This document shows positions 37,685 through 50,936 of a stretch of DNA of 64,000 bases, piece after piece. Position numbers and translations under genes: made by a program. Within the stretch, counting starts at the first letter, position 1, and the number at the start of each line of letters is the position of its first letter. The DNA is taken from assembly GCA_048013815.1 (NCBI GenBank), contig CM106585.1:14942001-15006000 (forward strand). Direction: 5' to 3'. The DNA is from Setoptus koraiensis. Its lineage: Eukaryota; Animalia; Arthropoda. A model generated the notes under the pieces. That model was not told where the DNA came from and made no database searches. It saw nothing but the letters and a program-made list of their open reading frames with translations.

Positions 37685-40600
37685 GCAAACAGCTCGCGCC
37701 GTCTCAAGAGCCCGAGCGTTCGAAGCGTTCTCAGGGTTCGCAGCGTTCGCGGCGTTTGAAGCGTTGGCACAGCTCGCAGGGTCGCAGCGCTCGCCCGAGC
37801 AACGTGCTGTCAGAGAAAAGTCATAGCAGATTGCGAACAAGACGAACAGATGTAATAATAAACAACGACAATTAGCGCCCAATAGAGCATGCGCACTGGC
37901 TGACAAATTAGCACCCAATGAGAGATACACACATCGACAGTTGCCACTCCAACTGTCGAATTGCACATTATGTAATATATATTATATAATCGCATGTTAT
38001 AAAATGTTGCATAATATACATCCGTGTATGATATTCGGCCTACTTGCGACGCACATTGGGCGTCTGCAGCCACCAGCGAGCGACGAATCGTTGCGACGAG
38101 AACTGCGACTTGCAGCGCACGCAACGCATCGAGCGCTCCGAACGCTTCGAAGGCAACGCACCGAACGCTTCGAAAGCACCGAACGCTTCGAAAGCACCGA
38201 ACGCGATGCCAAGATGAGACGACAAAGATAAATCGATCAGTGTGCGAATTATCCGTTTGTTTGTATTCTATGTGCGCTGTCGCTTGTCACACTGGCAGCC
38301 AGCTTATTACAATCAAATGGCTTTCAATCAACGGCTGCAGCATCTTTTGATGCGACCATTAAATACATTAGCGCTCACATAATTATAATGGGCTTGTCCC
38401 CTCGAAAGTCGCCCCTCTCTCGCTCCAATAGAGAGTCTAAATAGAGTCTCCATGTCCCTAAATTGATTATTCGCGACACTATCGTCGCTCACTGCTAATC
38501 ACTCCGGGCGCTAGTTAGCGAGCTAGAGCCAAATTAGCGACTCTCGGCCGATCTCTCGGCTGCTCGGACAAGATTAGATGGCGGAGATAAGATTTTCGCA
38601 CTTACGCAACAGCAGCAACAACAGCAGCAACAACAACAACGGCAACAACAACGGCAACCAGATGCCAGATAGCAGTCGGTTATTCAGATTGAATCTGTCG
38701 ATATGCGCGCTAATGTGAGCAACACGCCGAGAGGCCGCAAGAGATATTTCGCATCCGGCGTGTACGCGGCCCGAGAAACTCAAATAAACTGAGGCCAACA
38801 GTGCGCCCGAGAACCGGGCCGGGCCCAACAGCAACAAACGGCGCGCCCGATCGAAAGCCGCCGCCGAGGTACCGCCGCTAATGATCTTTTGAAAAGCTCA
38901 TCTAACCGTCGGGCGCCCCCATGCCGGCAATGAGGTCATGAGACGGAGAGTGTGAGAGTGTGTGTTTAATCTCCATTTAATGAACACGTACCGCATTATA
39001 AACATGAGCGTGCATATATTCATGGCAGCCAGTACGCCAGTATTCATATGTTGGCTTGTTTGCGTTGCCGGTTGCGACTGTAGACGGCGCTAATGAGAGC
39101 TCTGTCTGGTCGGTGGCGCTTTAATGGGGCCACTCTGGCTGGAAATCAGCCGTGCAAGCGCACGGGATAATTCTGAACAACTCATTGATTCTCTAACTGT
39201 GGTCCCTTTTTGTCATTGTCAGCTCAATGGGACGCCATTCCGTTGGCCATTCCGTTGGCCATTCAGTCACAGTCGCGGCGGCCACACTGGTCAGCGGCGG
39301 TGGCGACATGCCGATGATTGCGACACTCACCTGCGGGCCCCCGATTAAAATCTGTCGAGCTTGGCTCGGTTCTCGGTTGCTCGGGTGTGCCGATTGAAAA
39401 CGAAATACTGTCGCAAGACAACAATTGCGATAAGACGCCAGCAACTGGCCCTTATAAGCGGGCCCCGATTGCGCCAGATAGTCGACTGGCGAGGGGATTG
39501 AAAAGACAAAGTTAATCCCCTGTTGTTGTTTCTTTCCAGATCAAAAGAAGCGCCCTCATCTAATGAAAGGGGCCCCCGTTTCGCCATCGGGCACAGCGAG
39601 CGTCGCAGCCGGCCGCGCATTGGGCCCCCGTTGGCGGCTAATGTTGGCCGCCAGCAAGTCAGTTTTGAGGCCCGTGTTTTTAGCAGTTCCTATAAGCTGT
39701 ATTACAGCTGCTGTAAGCTACGAGCGCGCGTAGACTTTTATTTTTATTGAATTAAATAATAAAATTGCGCGCCACACTCGCTCAAACTTTTGGGGCCAGC
39801 GCAAACATTGTGCGCGTCGCCCCAAAAGCCAACAGCAGACGAGATAATATTTTGATCGCTTGCCGGCGAACGATCAGCCAGGCCGTTAACTGGATTTTGA
39901 GCTCAATGGCGCCCAGGCGGCGGATATCTTCGGGCCTGCAGGCCTCTCAAATTATCTCTCGGCGGCCACATCAGCCACGAGATCAGGGGCGCACACACAC
40001 ACAAATGATGTTAACGCACCACTGACCACCAAACAAGCTGGCTACACAGGCGGCCAGGGTGTTACATCCCGTGGCTGGCTCCCCCGCGGTGGCCCGGCCA
40101 ATTGCGTAGGTGCTCGCACACTAATCCCGAGGCCTCAAATATAAAATTTCAACTTGGCCAGGTTTACGCGCCACTTGCAGTGCGACGCGTCGGTTTGTGC
40201 GACTTGCGGTGCCTTTGGCGCACTTGCAACTTGCAAGTTCCAACTCCGCGGCCGCTTCGAGCCGCTCGCGGCGTCCGAGCCGCTTGAGCCGTTCGAAGCT
40301 GTCGCGCAAAGTGACAACAAACCAAAACGACACACAGCCTCTCGGCCCCCATCGGGCCCCGTCACAACTCAGACGGCCGCTGGCTGGCGAGCGCCCGATA
40401 GCCTGCGAGCGGCGGGATTCGACCGTCGGGTCAAATCCCTCGGGGACCCGCAGCGAATCAATGGAAGTCGAGCCAGAGAGCGCACACATCGATGATTTTG
40501 TCACTTAAGTCGCCTACAACTCGCGCTCGACTCGTGCACGTTCTTCACCTGGTCGAGGCGACGACTGGGGCACACATTGGGGCCGGTTATAGGTCGCTTG

Positions 40601-43600
40601 CTTGGGCTTAGCCGGCTGGCTGGCTGGCAAACTTTGTTCGCCTGTCTGGGGCCATTTCGGCCCGGCGGGCCAGCTTCTTTTTGGGCCCCACTGGGCTCTG
40701 GGCAGGGGTCACGTTTATCCGGCCCACACAGCCTGAAGTGCGAGCTCATTCAACGGGACCGGATAAACGACAACTCGACAAAGTCGCCGCCATGTCAGAA
40801 CGTCTCAACGATGGCACTGGGCGATGCTGATACTGGGGGCCCCATAAAACAAATCGATAGTGACCGTCTTTAGGAATTCTTATCATGCTGGCCTGCTCGA
40901 GGCGTCTTGCACTGAATAGACGCATAGCATAGTGGGCATAGTATTTGGGGCCCGCTGACAGCTCAGTGGCACTGAGCTCACAACAGGTAACGGGTCTTGT
41001 TGGCCCCAAAGAAGCCGGGCGTCATGTCGGCCAGCACAGTGTGGCAGCACAAGAGCAGTTGGCAGCACGAGGGCGGTAATGGGCGCGACAGGCCAGGCAA
41101 ATGATGATCTACGGTATGCAAATGAGCGCTCGCTGAGCCAAAGTTTTATCATCGTAATGTTGCGTCTGGCTTGTCATTGCGTCGATCACTGGCGACCGCT
41201 TGCTCACCCAAGTGAGAATGTTACATTGGCCGGCATGTTACATGGGCCCGCTTACCTGGGGCTGTTTTCATTTGGCCTCATGAGCTCTCACTGGGCCTCA
41301 TGAGCTCTCACTGGGCTCGCTCATTGGCGAGGCGCCGCGGCTGAGCTCGCCAGGCCAGGGTCACACAAATGACAGGCGTTCAATGGGATCGCGCGTATTT
41401 ACTGTTTACCTAAGCTGGCAACGCTCGGTCGCGTTGTTTATTGGGGCCCCCCCGGCCCGAAGTGACGCCTGAGCGGCCTGTAATGACCACCGACGGCCAG
41501 TAACGGGCACCGGGACGAATTAAAATAGCACACAAAAGTAGGTATTTAGGGCTTTGTTTGCGCGTCGCGCTATCATATCTGACAGTGTGATGGCGAGACG
41601 ACAGTCAGCGCGCTGTTGTATCGAGCGGTTTTCCGCCAGCCAGCGGGCCGGTATAGGACGGCCCATGGATCAATGGTTGGCGGATCGCATTTATTGTTGT
41701 TGCCGATAAAAGCCAGCGATTGCACACACACACACACACACACGCGGTTGTGTGAGGCCCTAAAAGAAGCTTCGACGCGCGAGCGAGCATAAAAGGCCAA
41801 AATAGCGAACGTCGAACGCACGCCGACGGAAACGCCGATGAATGGCGCCATTTTAATGGGGCCCCCACAACGAAAGCGGGGCCCCTGCCCGCCAGCGACG
41901 ACGCCAGCAACAACAACAACAGCGTCAACAGCGTCAACTGCGGCGGCGGCGGCAACAACGACAGCAACAACCGACTAGGTGCAAAGAACACGCTTGTTCG
42001 CCGAGAGGAACCAGCCAGCGACGGGCCCCAGAAACGGAGCACGCACACGGGAGAGCGGGGCGGCGGAAAGGCGGCGGGATAATGCAATTTCGCGTTCGCT
42101 GGCCAAGAATCGAGCCAAGAATCGATTGTTGTTGTTATCGGGCGTCAGTGGCGAGACTGTGTCCGCCCGACAGTCTCGAGGCGCGCACAGTGGCTCGCCA
42201 TTTTCAAGTTGTTCTTTGGTGTTCACCTGGCGGAATGAAGTGGCTCGAGCTGGGTGCACGAGCGGTGCACGAGCGGGGGAGGCGAGCACAGAAACCAGGA
42301 ATTGGCCACAAGCAAATTCGCGTTGGCCCTCCGCGAACAAAACACGCCAAACAAAAGATTGTGTGTGTGTAGAGAGATAATAATATCTGCTCGTTGTGCC
42401 TCTGGCCGCCAGAGACACAACGGTCTGGCGCGCCGGCACATAATGGCCAGATACAATCGACTGCAGCGACCGTTAAACTGGCTCTGGCAACTTGTGACTC
42501 ACACTGCCACTGCCGAGAGTTATGCAACCGACACGGGATTGGCGCCAACTGGGGCCCTGTGCAAATGAGTTGTGTCAGTGGCTCGATTTTGACAAGCTGC
42601 CTCGCGAAGGGGCCGCGAAAGGGCCGCGAAAGGGCCGCTAAAGGGCGAGCGACTCTCGGAGAGGGAGGTAAAAAATAACTGGCAGACAGAGGCAAATAAC
42701 TGCCGGCTCACTCCAGTTGCAGACTGCAAGTTGCAGTTTGCGAGCTGCAGGGGCGCCAATCACAATTTAAAATCTCCCGCTGTTAGAAGCAATGAGCGCC
42801 GGCGGTGGGGCCCACTTCGGGGCCCCTTTTCCACTTGCTTTTTTCGCTTGCTCGGTGGCGGCTCTGCGGCGCCAACGAGCTATTACTGCTGCCATCATTG
42901 CTGCTGCTGCTATCACTGCTACTGTTGCCAGCACGGCCGGCCGGCGCACCGGCTAGGTAAACAAACAGCGCCAAAGCGAGAGAAAGAGGCAAATGAGCCT
43001 CATTAAATTATTTGGCAGCATGATCCGGGCCCCCGAAGTTGCGCACAGCAAACACGCCATTGCCCGGAGTATCATCATTACGCGCGCGCTGGCTTCCGTC
43101 TAACCGTTTCTGGCGGGCCCCCGTTTTTGCTGGTCGTCTGGGCGCGCTTGCACTGTGTGTTGCTGGCTCTAATTTGGGGCCCCACGCTATCTTGAAAACT
43201 GTTTACAACGCAGCGAGAAGGCAGAAAAAACAACACGAGCCCAACACAAGCGGGCCAGCCAGCGAAATACGAGATACGAGGCTATAAATAAAAATTTGAT
43301 GTCTAGATGGTAGATAGATATTATAGCCGTATATACTTTATTTACCGTACAAAATTAATGCCCATACTGGGGCCCCAGACACATCGGCGAGCTGGATATC
43401 TCGTGCCATCACACTGTGATCATGCTGCAACAACAACCATGATCATAGTGTGTGTATGGCAATAAGCAATAAGTGGCCGGCAATTTGAGAGTTAACTCAC
43501 TAACTCCCGGCTCTCGTGCTGGCACTAACCGGGGGCCGCCAGTTAGTAGTATAAAGTGCCTATTCATTCCAGATTATACGTATCGAGCCGAGTGCGTCGG

Positions 43601-43996
43601 GCCCGCCGGCCCGGCTCGAAAATAAATAAAATAATAATAAGCCAGCCGGCCCAAGACGCAACCGGCGAGCTTTGGGCGGGCACCCAACTATACCAACGCC
43701 GTATACCAACTATGTACCGCCGCGTATAACTACGCGTACCCTACGTAACTGTATATAGAGCGGCCGGCGCGGCATCGGATCAGATTTATATCCCGCCCGC
43801 TCGCTTATCTATTATCCATTACCCGTGGCTGTAACATCATTGCGTTACATCGCACGAGATGGCTGATAAATATAAAATTATTATTGTCCGTCAGGCATCA
43901 CATGAACGGCGCGGTCCGTGGACATTATTAGCGACGAGAGACAAACAATGGGCCCCTTTTATCGCCCTGTCGTCCGATGGCGGAATCACTCGCCTA

Positions 43997-44093
43997 TCAG
44001 CGTATTTCAGTGTATTTTCAGCGTATTCTCAGCGCATTCTCAGCGTAGTCTCAGTGTAGTCTCAGTGTAGTCTCAGTGTAGTCTTAGTGTAGT
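43997..44093 (+). repeat. 11-bp tandem array x9 drifting from TCAGCGTATTC to TCAGTGTAGTC
   Basis: Direct inspection. Confidence 0.9.
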
Positions 44094-47000
44094 GGGCCCA
44101 CGGATAAACTGACTGAAACGGCGCCCATGCCAAGTCTGGCGAGATTCTGCTGAATGGCATTGAGTGAATGAGGCGCCAGCGCAGCAGCAACAACAATTGA
44201 TAATAATAATTGCTCACAAGTACACACACACGCACACTAGAGATAAAATAGCCGAGCGGGCCCATTTCATGGCTCTTAATGGCTCCGCTGGTGCTGATGC
44301 ACGCGCTCGCGAGCCGGGCCCCATTACAAGCCGCTCGCCGGGGCCCATTCCGAGCGCTCGCCGGCGCCCCATTTGAAGTTGCGCGATCGGATCGATTGTG
44401 CTGGCCAGTTGAGCCAGTGGAGCCAGTGGAGCCAGTCGTGTTAGTGGGGCCACTGGAGCGGCAGATATCCGCTAGTCGATTGGCGCCCGCCGCGAGACAA
44501 CGCGGCCGCCGGCGAAACGGCAAATATTATGGTTTGTTGGGCCCAATTGGTTGCAAATTCGTTGACTTTTATCGTTCGCCTGGCCCCATTCGGCTCGCCG
44601 TCTCGTCCCGCGCCATCCCGTCCCGTCTGGCGCGGTCCGGTCCGGTCCTCGTAAACATGCACCCGACATATAGAGCTTCAATAGAGCGCGCCAGCATCTA
44701 TTAATAAAGCGCGGCACGCCAGCAGCATGCTGCCACCAGCATTAAAAAGGTACTGACTGCGCGATGACGCAATAATGTAATCTAGCCCATCGTTCGGACA
44801 AGGGGCCAGCCTATAAATAGTTAGCTATAAATGTGGGCAGTATATCCAGTGTGACAGATAACCGATAGCCGATATGCCGGCCCGTGGGCCCGAGCCAGAC
44901 GGCCGCCAGAGGTACCGAGGTGCACGGGAGTGCAAGACGTTCGCTCACGGCGGCCAGTGTATATTTATCTGGCAGCTCCTGGCGGTCGTTTCGCGTCGCA
45001 TTGCAACTACTTAGAGCTCCAAGTTGGAGCGCAAAGTGTTCGAATTGATCACTCTCTTGACGCTCGCAACGGGCGCTAGGTGGTGCACGCGCGAACACGT
45101 GCTGTGCACATTTCGTGGGCCCGACTCGCCGGGCCCGAAGTGTCGGAACTGCCGACAGCGGCGAGACAGCGCCAGCTGCACCAGTCCGCGAGGCGACAGG
45201 CTCCCCTCGTATCCTTTTCGTAGCCGTCCGATCGCTTTTGGCCGATCGCCGTTGCGCGTCCGCCGATCGCCGTTCGCCGATGGCTGCCCGAGGATCGCGG
45301 GTCGCGGACCGCGGTTCGCACAGTTTCGAAGCACTCCAATTGGGGGGGGGGTCGGCTCGCGCTGGCCCGTCACTGGGAGACGCGCCGATCGATTCGAATC
45401 GCAGCCGAACGTTGTGATTCGAGCCAGCGATTTAAGTTTGAAAACGACCAAAGAAATGAATTGACGCCTCGCACGTACTTGCCATTAACATGAGCGCACC
45501 AGCACATTGCATCACTTCCTGTGCATATGTGCTGGCGCGAGCTGGCACAACATGCAGCCACTAACGGCCACTCAGAGGCTATCCGCCCGAACGAAGCCCC
45601 CGAACGAAGCCCCTTCGAACGAACCCTTCGAAGTTCGAACCACAGAACGAATCGGCCAGCGTCTTGTTGCCAGCGCGTTCTCAGAGGCAATCTGGTCGAC
45701 TGACTGTGCACTTAAATGAGCCTGGCTACCGCGTGCACCGACAGGGGATAAAACAGGGACTCTTTAATTCCGCGATTCTTCGCTAGGCGCTATGTGTCGC
45801 TCAGCGTGTGCGTGTATGAACAATTTCAAATTGAATTGGGCCGCAAGAGCGACGCACACCCAGCAGGGGGCGTTCTTTTCATTATGACGTAACATGATGG
45901 CTCTTAATGTTTTTCATGTTTTCATGTGCCTCTACCCGTTCGATCGCTGCTGCGGCCAAGTTGCAACACACTTTGCCACTATCGAGCCGTCGCAACAAGC
46001 CATCGATGTGCCCCGCTCATCGTGGCACATCCATTATAATCCGTGGTTGTGGTTTCTAGCCGCTAGACGGTGCATGGTTGCGATTGAAAACTGGCAAGTG
46101 TGCCAGTTTTGAGTTTTCGGGCCCGGCCCAATGAGAGCGTAAGAGGCAAAGATTAAAATTTAACTCGTCCCACGGTTTGCATATCGAGCCGCTTTGTTTC
46201 AGGCGTCGGTCGAGTGGCGGCGCTCAGGCATAATTCAAAAAGCTCGACGAACTCGAAAAACTGGCCCGAAAAACAAAACGCGAACCCTGGGCACCATTGG
46301 GGCCCGTCTATTTGGTTGGCGCCACATTGGTGTCTATGTAACCCAATGTGGCCAAACGCAACTGGCGCCCAAAGTGATCAGTGGCCAAATTGGACAAGAA
46401 ATCGGCCCCACGAACCAGCGCAATGTCCGGTCGTCGGTCGCTTACGCGGCGCTTGCGTGCCGCAATATCGCCAAAATTCAGTGATTGCGGCTCAGTGGCA
46501 GCGCCAGTTGATTGCGATATTGCAAAATATTGCATTGGCCAGCGATGCGATGGGGGCCAATTTGCATATTCAGACTGGGGTGTGCAGCGCGTGCGACTCG
46601 TGCGATTCGCGTGCAGCTCGATTAAGCGCGCGCAGCACAACGCACGACGCCAAATAGCGGCCCCAAATAACGGCGCAATATAAAAACGCCGACAAAAAGC
46701 GCCCCGATTGCGCCGCACAGTGCACAGTGCTGGCCTCGCGTTGGGCTGCTCACGAGCAGATTGCATAATAATATTTGTCGGTCTCACGTGCAACGTTTGT
46801 TAAACGTCGTTCGAGATTTGAGTTGCTGGCACGAGACTCGTGCCACGAGCTTACACTGATGCCGCCTCGCTGCTACACTGACAAAATCACTAGATAGCTG
46901 CGCCTAGATAGCGATTGGCGCGACAAATAACTGCTGTTGGACAGCCAACGAACCACTGTCACAAGCGGGACAAGCCGGACGAGCGCACCGGAAGGGGGAG

Positions 47001-47358
47001 GTTGCGTCGCGGGCCGAGGCAAGCAGACGACACCTAAGAAGGTTGCCGAAGAGAGTGCGTGAAACGAATTGCGTCGCACCACGAATTGCCTGGCACGGGC
47101 ACGAAATTTATCATGGGCACCCAGTGAGCGGGCTCGCCACCTAGTGGCCGGCCTAATCTAGTTACTGGCGAGTTACTTGCTGTCGCTGGCTGGCAACTAC
47201 TATTTTTATCCACCGACCAGCCGTGTGCGCGGGGCCCGAATTTGGATTGCGGAAAATTGGCGCTGCCGGGCCCACCGGATCGGCCTAGACGAGGGCGCCG
47301 ACGGCACGATGCAAACTGCTGTTCCGCTCAAGTTTCTCCATTTATTCTCCCGGAGACA

Positions 47359-47441
47359 GCGGCCCAAACGCGGCCCAAAAGCGGCCCAAACGCGGCCCAA
47401 AAGCGGCCTAAACGCGCCCCAAACGCGGCCCAAACGCGGCC
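47359..47441 (+). repeat. Tandem repeat, 11-bp unit GCGGCCCAAAM x7.5
   Basis: Direct inspection. Confidence 0.92.
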
Positions 47442-50400
47442 TGACAATCGTGAGCACATTGTGCCCCGCTCGGGCCGTATTTAGGCCGCCTCCGAGCCGG
47501 CTCGACTACTCAAACAAACACTGACTGCACACAAGCCGACTTGGCGCGCCAGACAGACACACATTGTCATGTAAAGAATTACATAACAATTTGCAGCTTC
47601 GCAACTGGCTTGTTGTGACCGAGCAAACACACTCACACATGGCTTGACAATGGCTCGACAATGGCGACAGTAACAACAGCGGCAACAGCGGCAACAGCGG
47701 CAACAGCGGCAACAGGATTACGCAAGAGACAGGCGAGATAAGTAGTATGCATGTATTTATCTTTGCGTCTGTGAGTCGCGTTCTTTGTTTAGACCAAATA
47801 TAGCCAGCAGTCAACCTTTGCTCGTCGTGCCAGCAACTGGCAAAACAAGCGCACAAACACCGACTCTGTCAGAGCCTCTCTGGCGGGCTGCCGGGCCGGC
47901 CCGCTCTCCGGCGAGCCCGACAATCCCTAGGCACGAACGTGCCATGTACACATGACGTTTATCCGGCGAGCGCACATGAGATACAATCAGCGCGCGATAA
48001 CAGCGCCACATCAAAACAATTTACTCTGCCGCACCGCTGCGGCTATCAGCGTGCGGCCCGACCCGATCCGCGGACAGCGCACCGTCGGAGCGCAGTCTGT
48101 AAACGTACGTGGGGCGCCACCATCGACTGGTTGCCAATTGAAGATTGATTGCTGCACGGCAGCACGGCGGTCAGCGGCGGCCAACGGCGGCCCGACCAGA
48201 TGCCAGCAGCAACACCCCGCCAACTTGACAGCACAACAAATAATCGCTCCCCGTCCAGCTCACATATCTGGGTCAAACTGGCGCACTTCCGGTCATCCTT
48301 GAAATTGCCTTTTTGCGCCCTTGCGCCCGGTCAATAATTTGAGCTCGTTGAGCCCGTGACGCACATTTCGGCCACGACATTTCGACGAGCCACGAATATT
48401 GGAATCGGAATATGGGAACGCAGTGTCACTGAGCCCATGATGACCATTAGCCAAGCCGGCCGTGATATATGTGATATGGCTCGATGGCGATGATAGGCGT
48501 TATTGATTGTGCGTGATTGCTGGCGAAAGTCCTGGCGGCAAGGGCCGCTCGCCGGGCCAGAGACTAGTGGCCGCACGCTGGCGGCCACTCGTCGGGCGCC
48601 GGCCACAGCGAGCGCGAGATCGATTGCCGGGGCCGGCCAGCAATCGGCAAGTTGTTGCTTAACAACTCGAGTCGGGCCCACATTTTCGCATTCTCACTTG
48701 GCTGCTAGAGCCTCTACTCGGGCGCTGTGTTGTCCTGGTCATTATAGGAAGTCCATGGGGATACGCTCGCTCAGTGGCGCCCCCGCGCACACTCAAACAG
48801 AGAACAGCAAAAGCGCGACAAGAGGCATCACTGGCTGTTTATAATGAAGAAAGAACAGAGAGCCATTTTCGAATTGGGGCCCCTCAATCCCGTTGCAAGT
48901 CTCGGGCCGCTCGTAATGACTAGCACTCTCTGATTATAACTAGTGTCACTCTGGGGACGCCCGCACCATGCAACCAGCCGCCACTCGTCGGGCCCCCGTT
49001 GGCCCCCGCAATCCCGGTCTGTCTGTGCTCATCTAGTCGCACTGCTAACTAACATTGTCGTTGGCCTGTCGAGCTGCGTGCCAGTGCGTGTGCGTGTGTG
49101 TGTGATTTGTTAGAATACTAATAGATAGTGTATGCGCCAATTTATTGATTGATTAATGAACAAACTAATGGAAGACAATGGCACTGTGCGCCATTATTAT
49201 GTATCTAATCGATCCGGTCCAACTATCCGGCCTCTTAATGTCTCTGGCCGCTCTCAGAGAGCCCCTCTGTGGCCTTGCCGCTCGCCACCGGCCCACTACT
49301 GAATCCTTGCGGCATTCCGACCGGCCCGCCCGCTCACTGCTGATCCTTGCGGCATTCCGGCCCGTCCGCCGGCCGGCGCACCATCGAACCCCGCCCAACA
49401 TGATCGGGCCGCGGCGGCCGTATCGAAATGCGGGCAAACTGTCAACACTTACTGCGCACTGGACAGTATCCAGTGGACACAGCAGGTGACTGGTTGTATA
49501 GCTGCTCGCCTCTCCAGTCTCGCCCGTCTCGCCCGTCTCGCCCGCCTCGCTAGCCGCACCGAGTGATCGCTGGCCGGCCATTAGCGGCTCTATTGTGCCA
49601 CTAATGTCGCTCATGGCGCACCATTTACGGCCAGCTATTTGTTGTTGGCGCAATTTGTTGCCCACTTCCGGCCAGCGCCGGCTTTCGCTGGCACGGCCCA
49701 CACCTGCACGGCGCCCATACTGCCGGCCCGATGTGCGGCCCGGTGTTCGGCCCGATCACGGGTCGGCGCGATGTGCCGCCATGGCCGGTGATATATCCGC
49801 CGTCGTGATATATCCGCCGGCTGCACGCTGCCAGCTATGCCGACCGCTTGTATGTCGGACCATCGGCACTTGGTTCCAGCGGGACGCGCGGTCGGGATTT
49901 CACTGCCACACTCTGCAGCTACAGCCGCGTGGGCGTTCTCTAAAGGCGCGGGCGGCCGCCGACAGCGGGTAGCCGGTATTCATTGCTTGACTGGCCGTCA
50001 GGCATTCGTTGTCGTGGTTGCCGTCGCTGTTGTTGTTGCTGTCGTCGTCGTTGTTGTTGTCGTCGTTGCTGCTGCTGGTGCCGCTGATGAGCAACAATAA
50101 TAGCGGCGGCGGCGGTGGCAGTAATAACAACAACAACGACAACAACAATAGCCTCTGCTTGCTCAACTTAACTCGCAATAACGGCGCACAACAAATGATA
50201 TTAATAATGCCCGTGCCGTCGTGTCATCGAGTGGGAGTGTCTCGCGGAGATAGCGAGCGGCCAGAGAGGCCGCCAGAGAGTGAGCGATGAGCCGCACAGT
50301 TCGGGCACAGACGATTGGCGCTTCTGCTCAGTTTGGCCAGCGGTCAGCGTTGTTGCGCAACAACAACAGTCACTCGATAGTTGTTGTCGCCGGCGTTGTT

Positions 50401-50877
50401 GTTGTTGTTGTTGCGCAACAATGAATGTCGGGCACGAGCCCCGCAATCAATGGCAGCGACGGCCGCCAGGCTTCGGCCACAAACAAAATGCCTCATCGAC
50501 GACTGTTGTTATTGTTGCATTGACATCCCCTAACGATGGCGCGCTCTCAGATGATCGCCGCCATTGCAAATGGTCGTCGGATTGCGCCGGCCAAATCACA
50601 GCGACGGCCCGTCAAATAACTGGCGACAAGCGTTGCGTGTAGCCTGCACAAAACTGGCCGCCCAAAGGGCGCAACGGGCGCCCCAAAAAGCGCATTACAT
50701 AACATGTAGAGCCGCGGCGAGCCAATCGAATTAAATCAATTCACTTCGAGTGCCTCTCGCCCCCTCCCCCCGCTCGCTATCTATCCATTGTGATATGTGT
50801 TTTGATGCTTGGCGAGCGCATGGGCGCGCATTACGTAATGCGTCGCGCCCAGCCGAGATCGCTGCCCGATCGGCTCA

Positions 50878-50936
50878 ATTCAGTGCCCGATTCAGTGCCC
50901 GATTCAGTGCCCGATTCAGTGCCCGATTCAGTGCCC
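50878..50936 (+). repeat. Tandem repeat, 12-bp unit ATTCAGTGCCCG x5
   Basis: Direct inspection. Confidence 0.93.

Noticed and set aside
45390-45401. CGATTCGAATCG resembling a tRNA T-loop (also TTCGAATCC near 51472)
   Set aside because: There is no cloverleaf, A-box or acceptor stem around it; it is a 12-bp palindrome.
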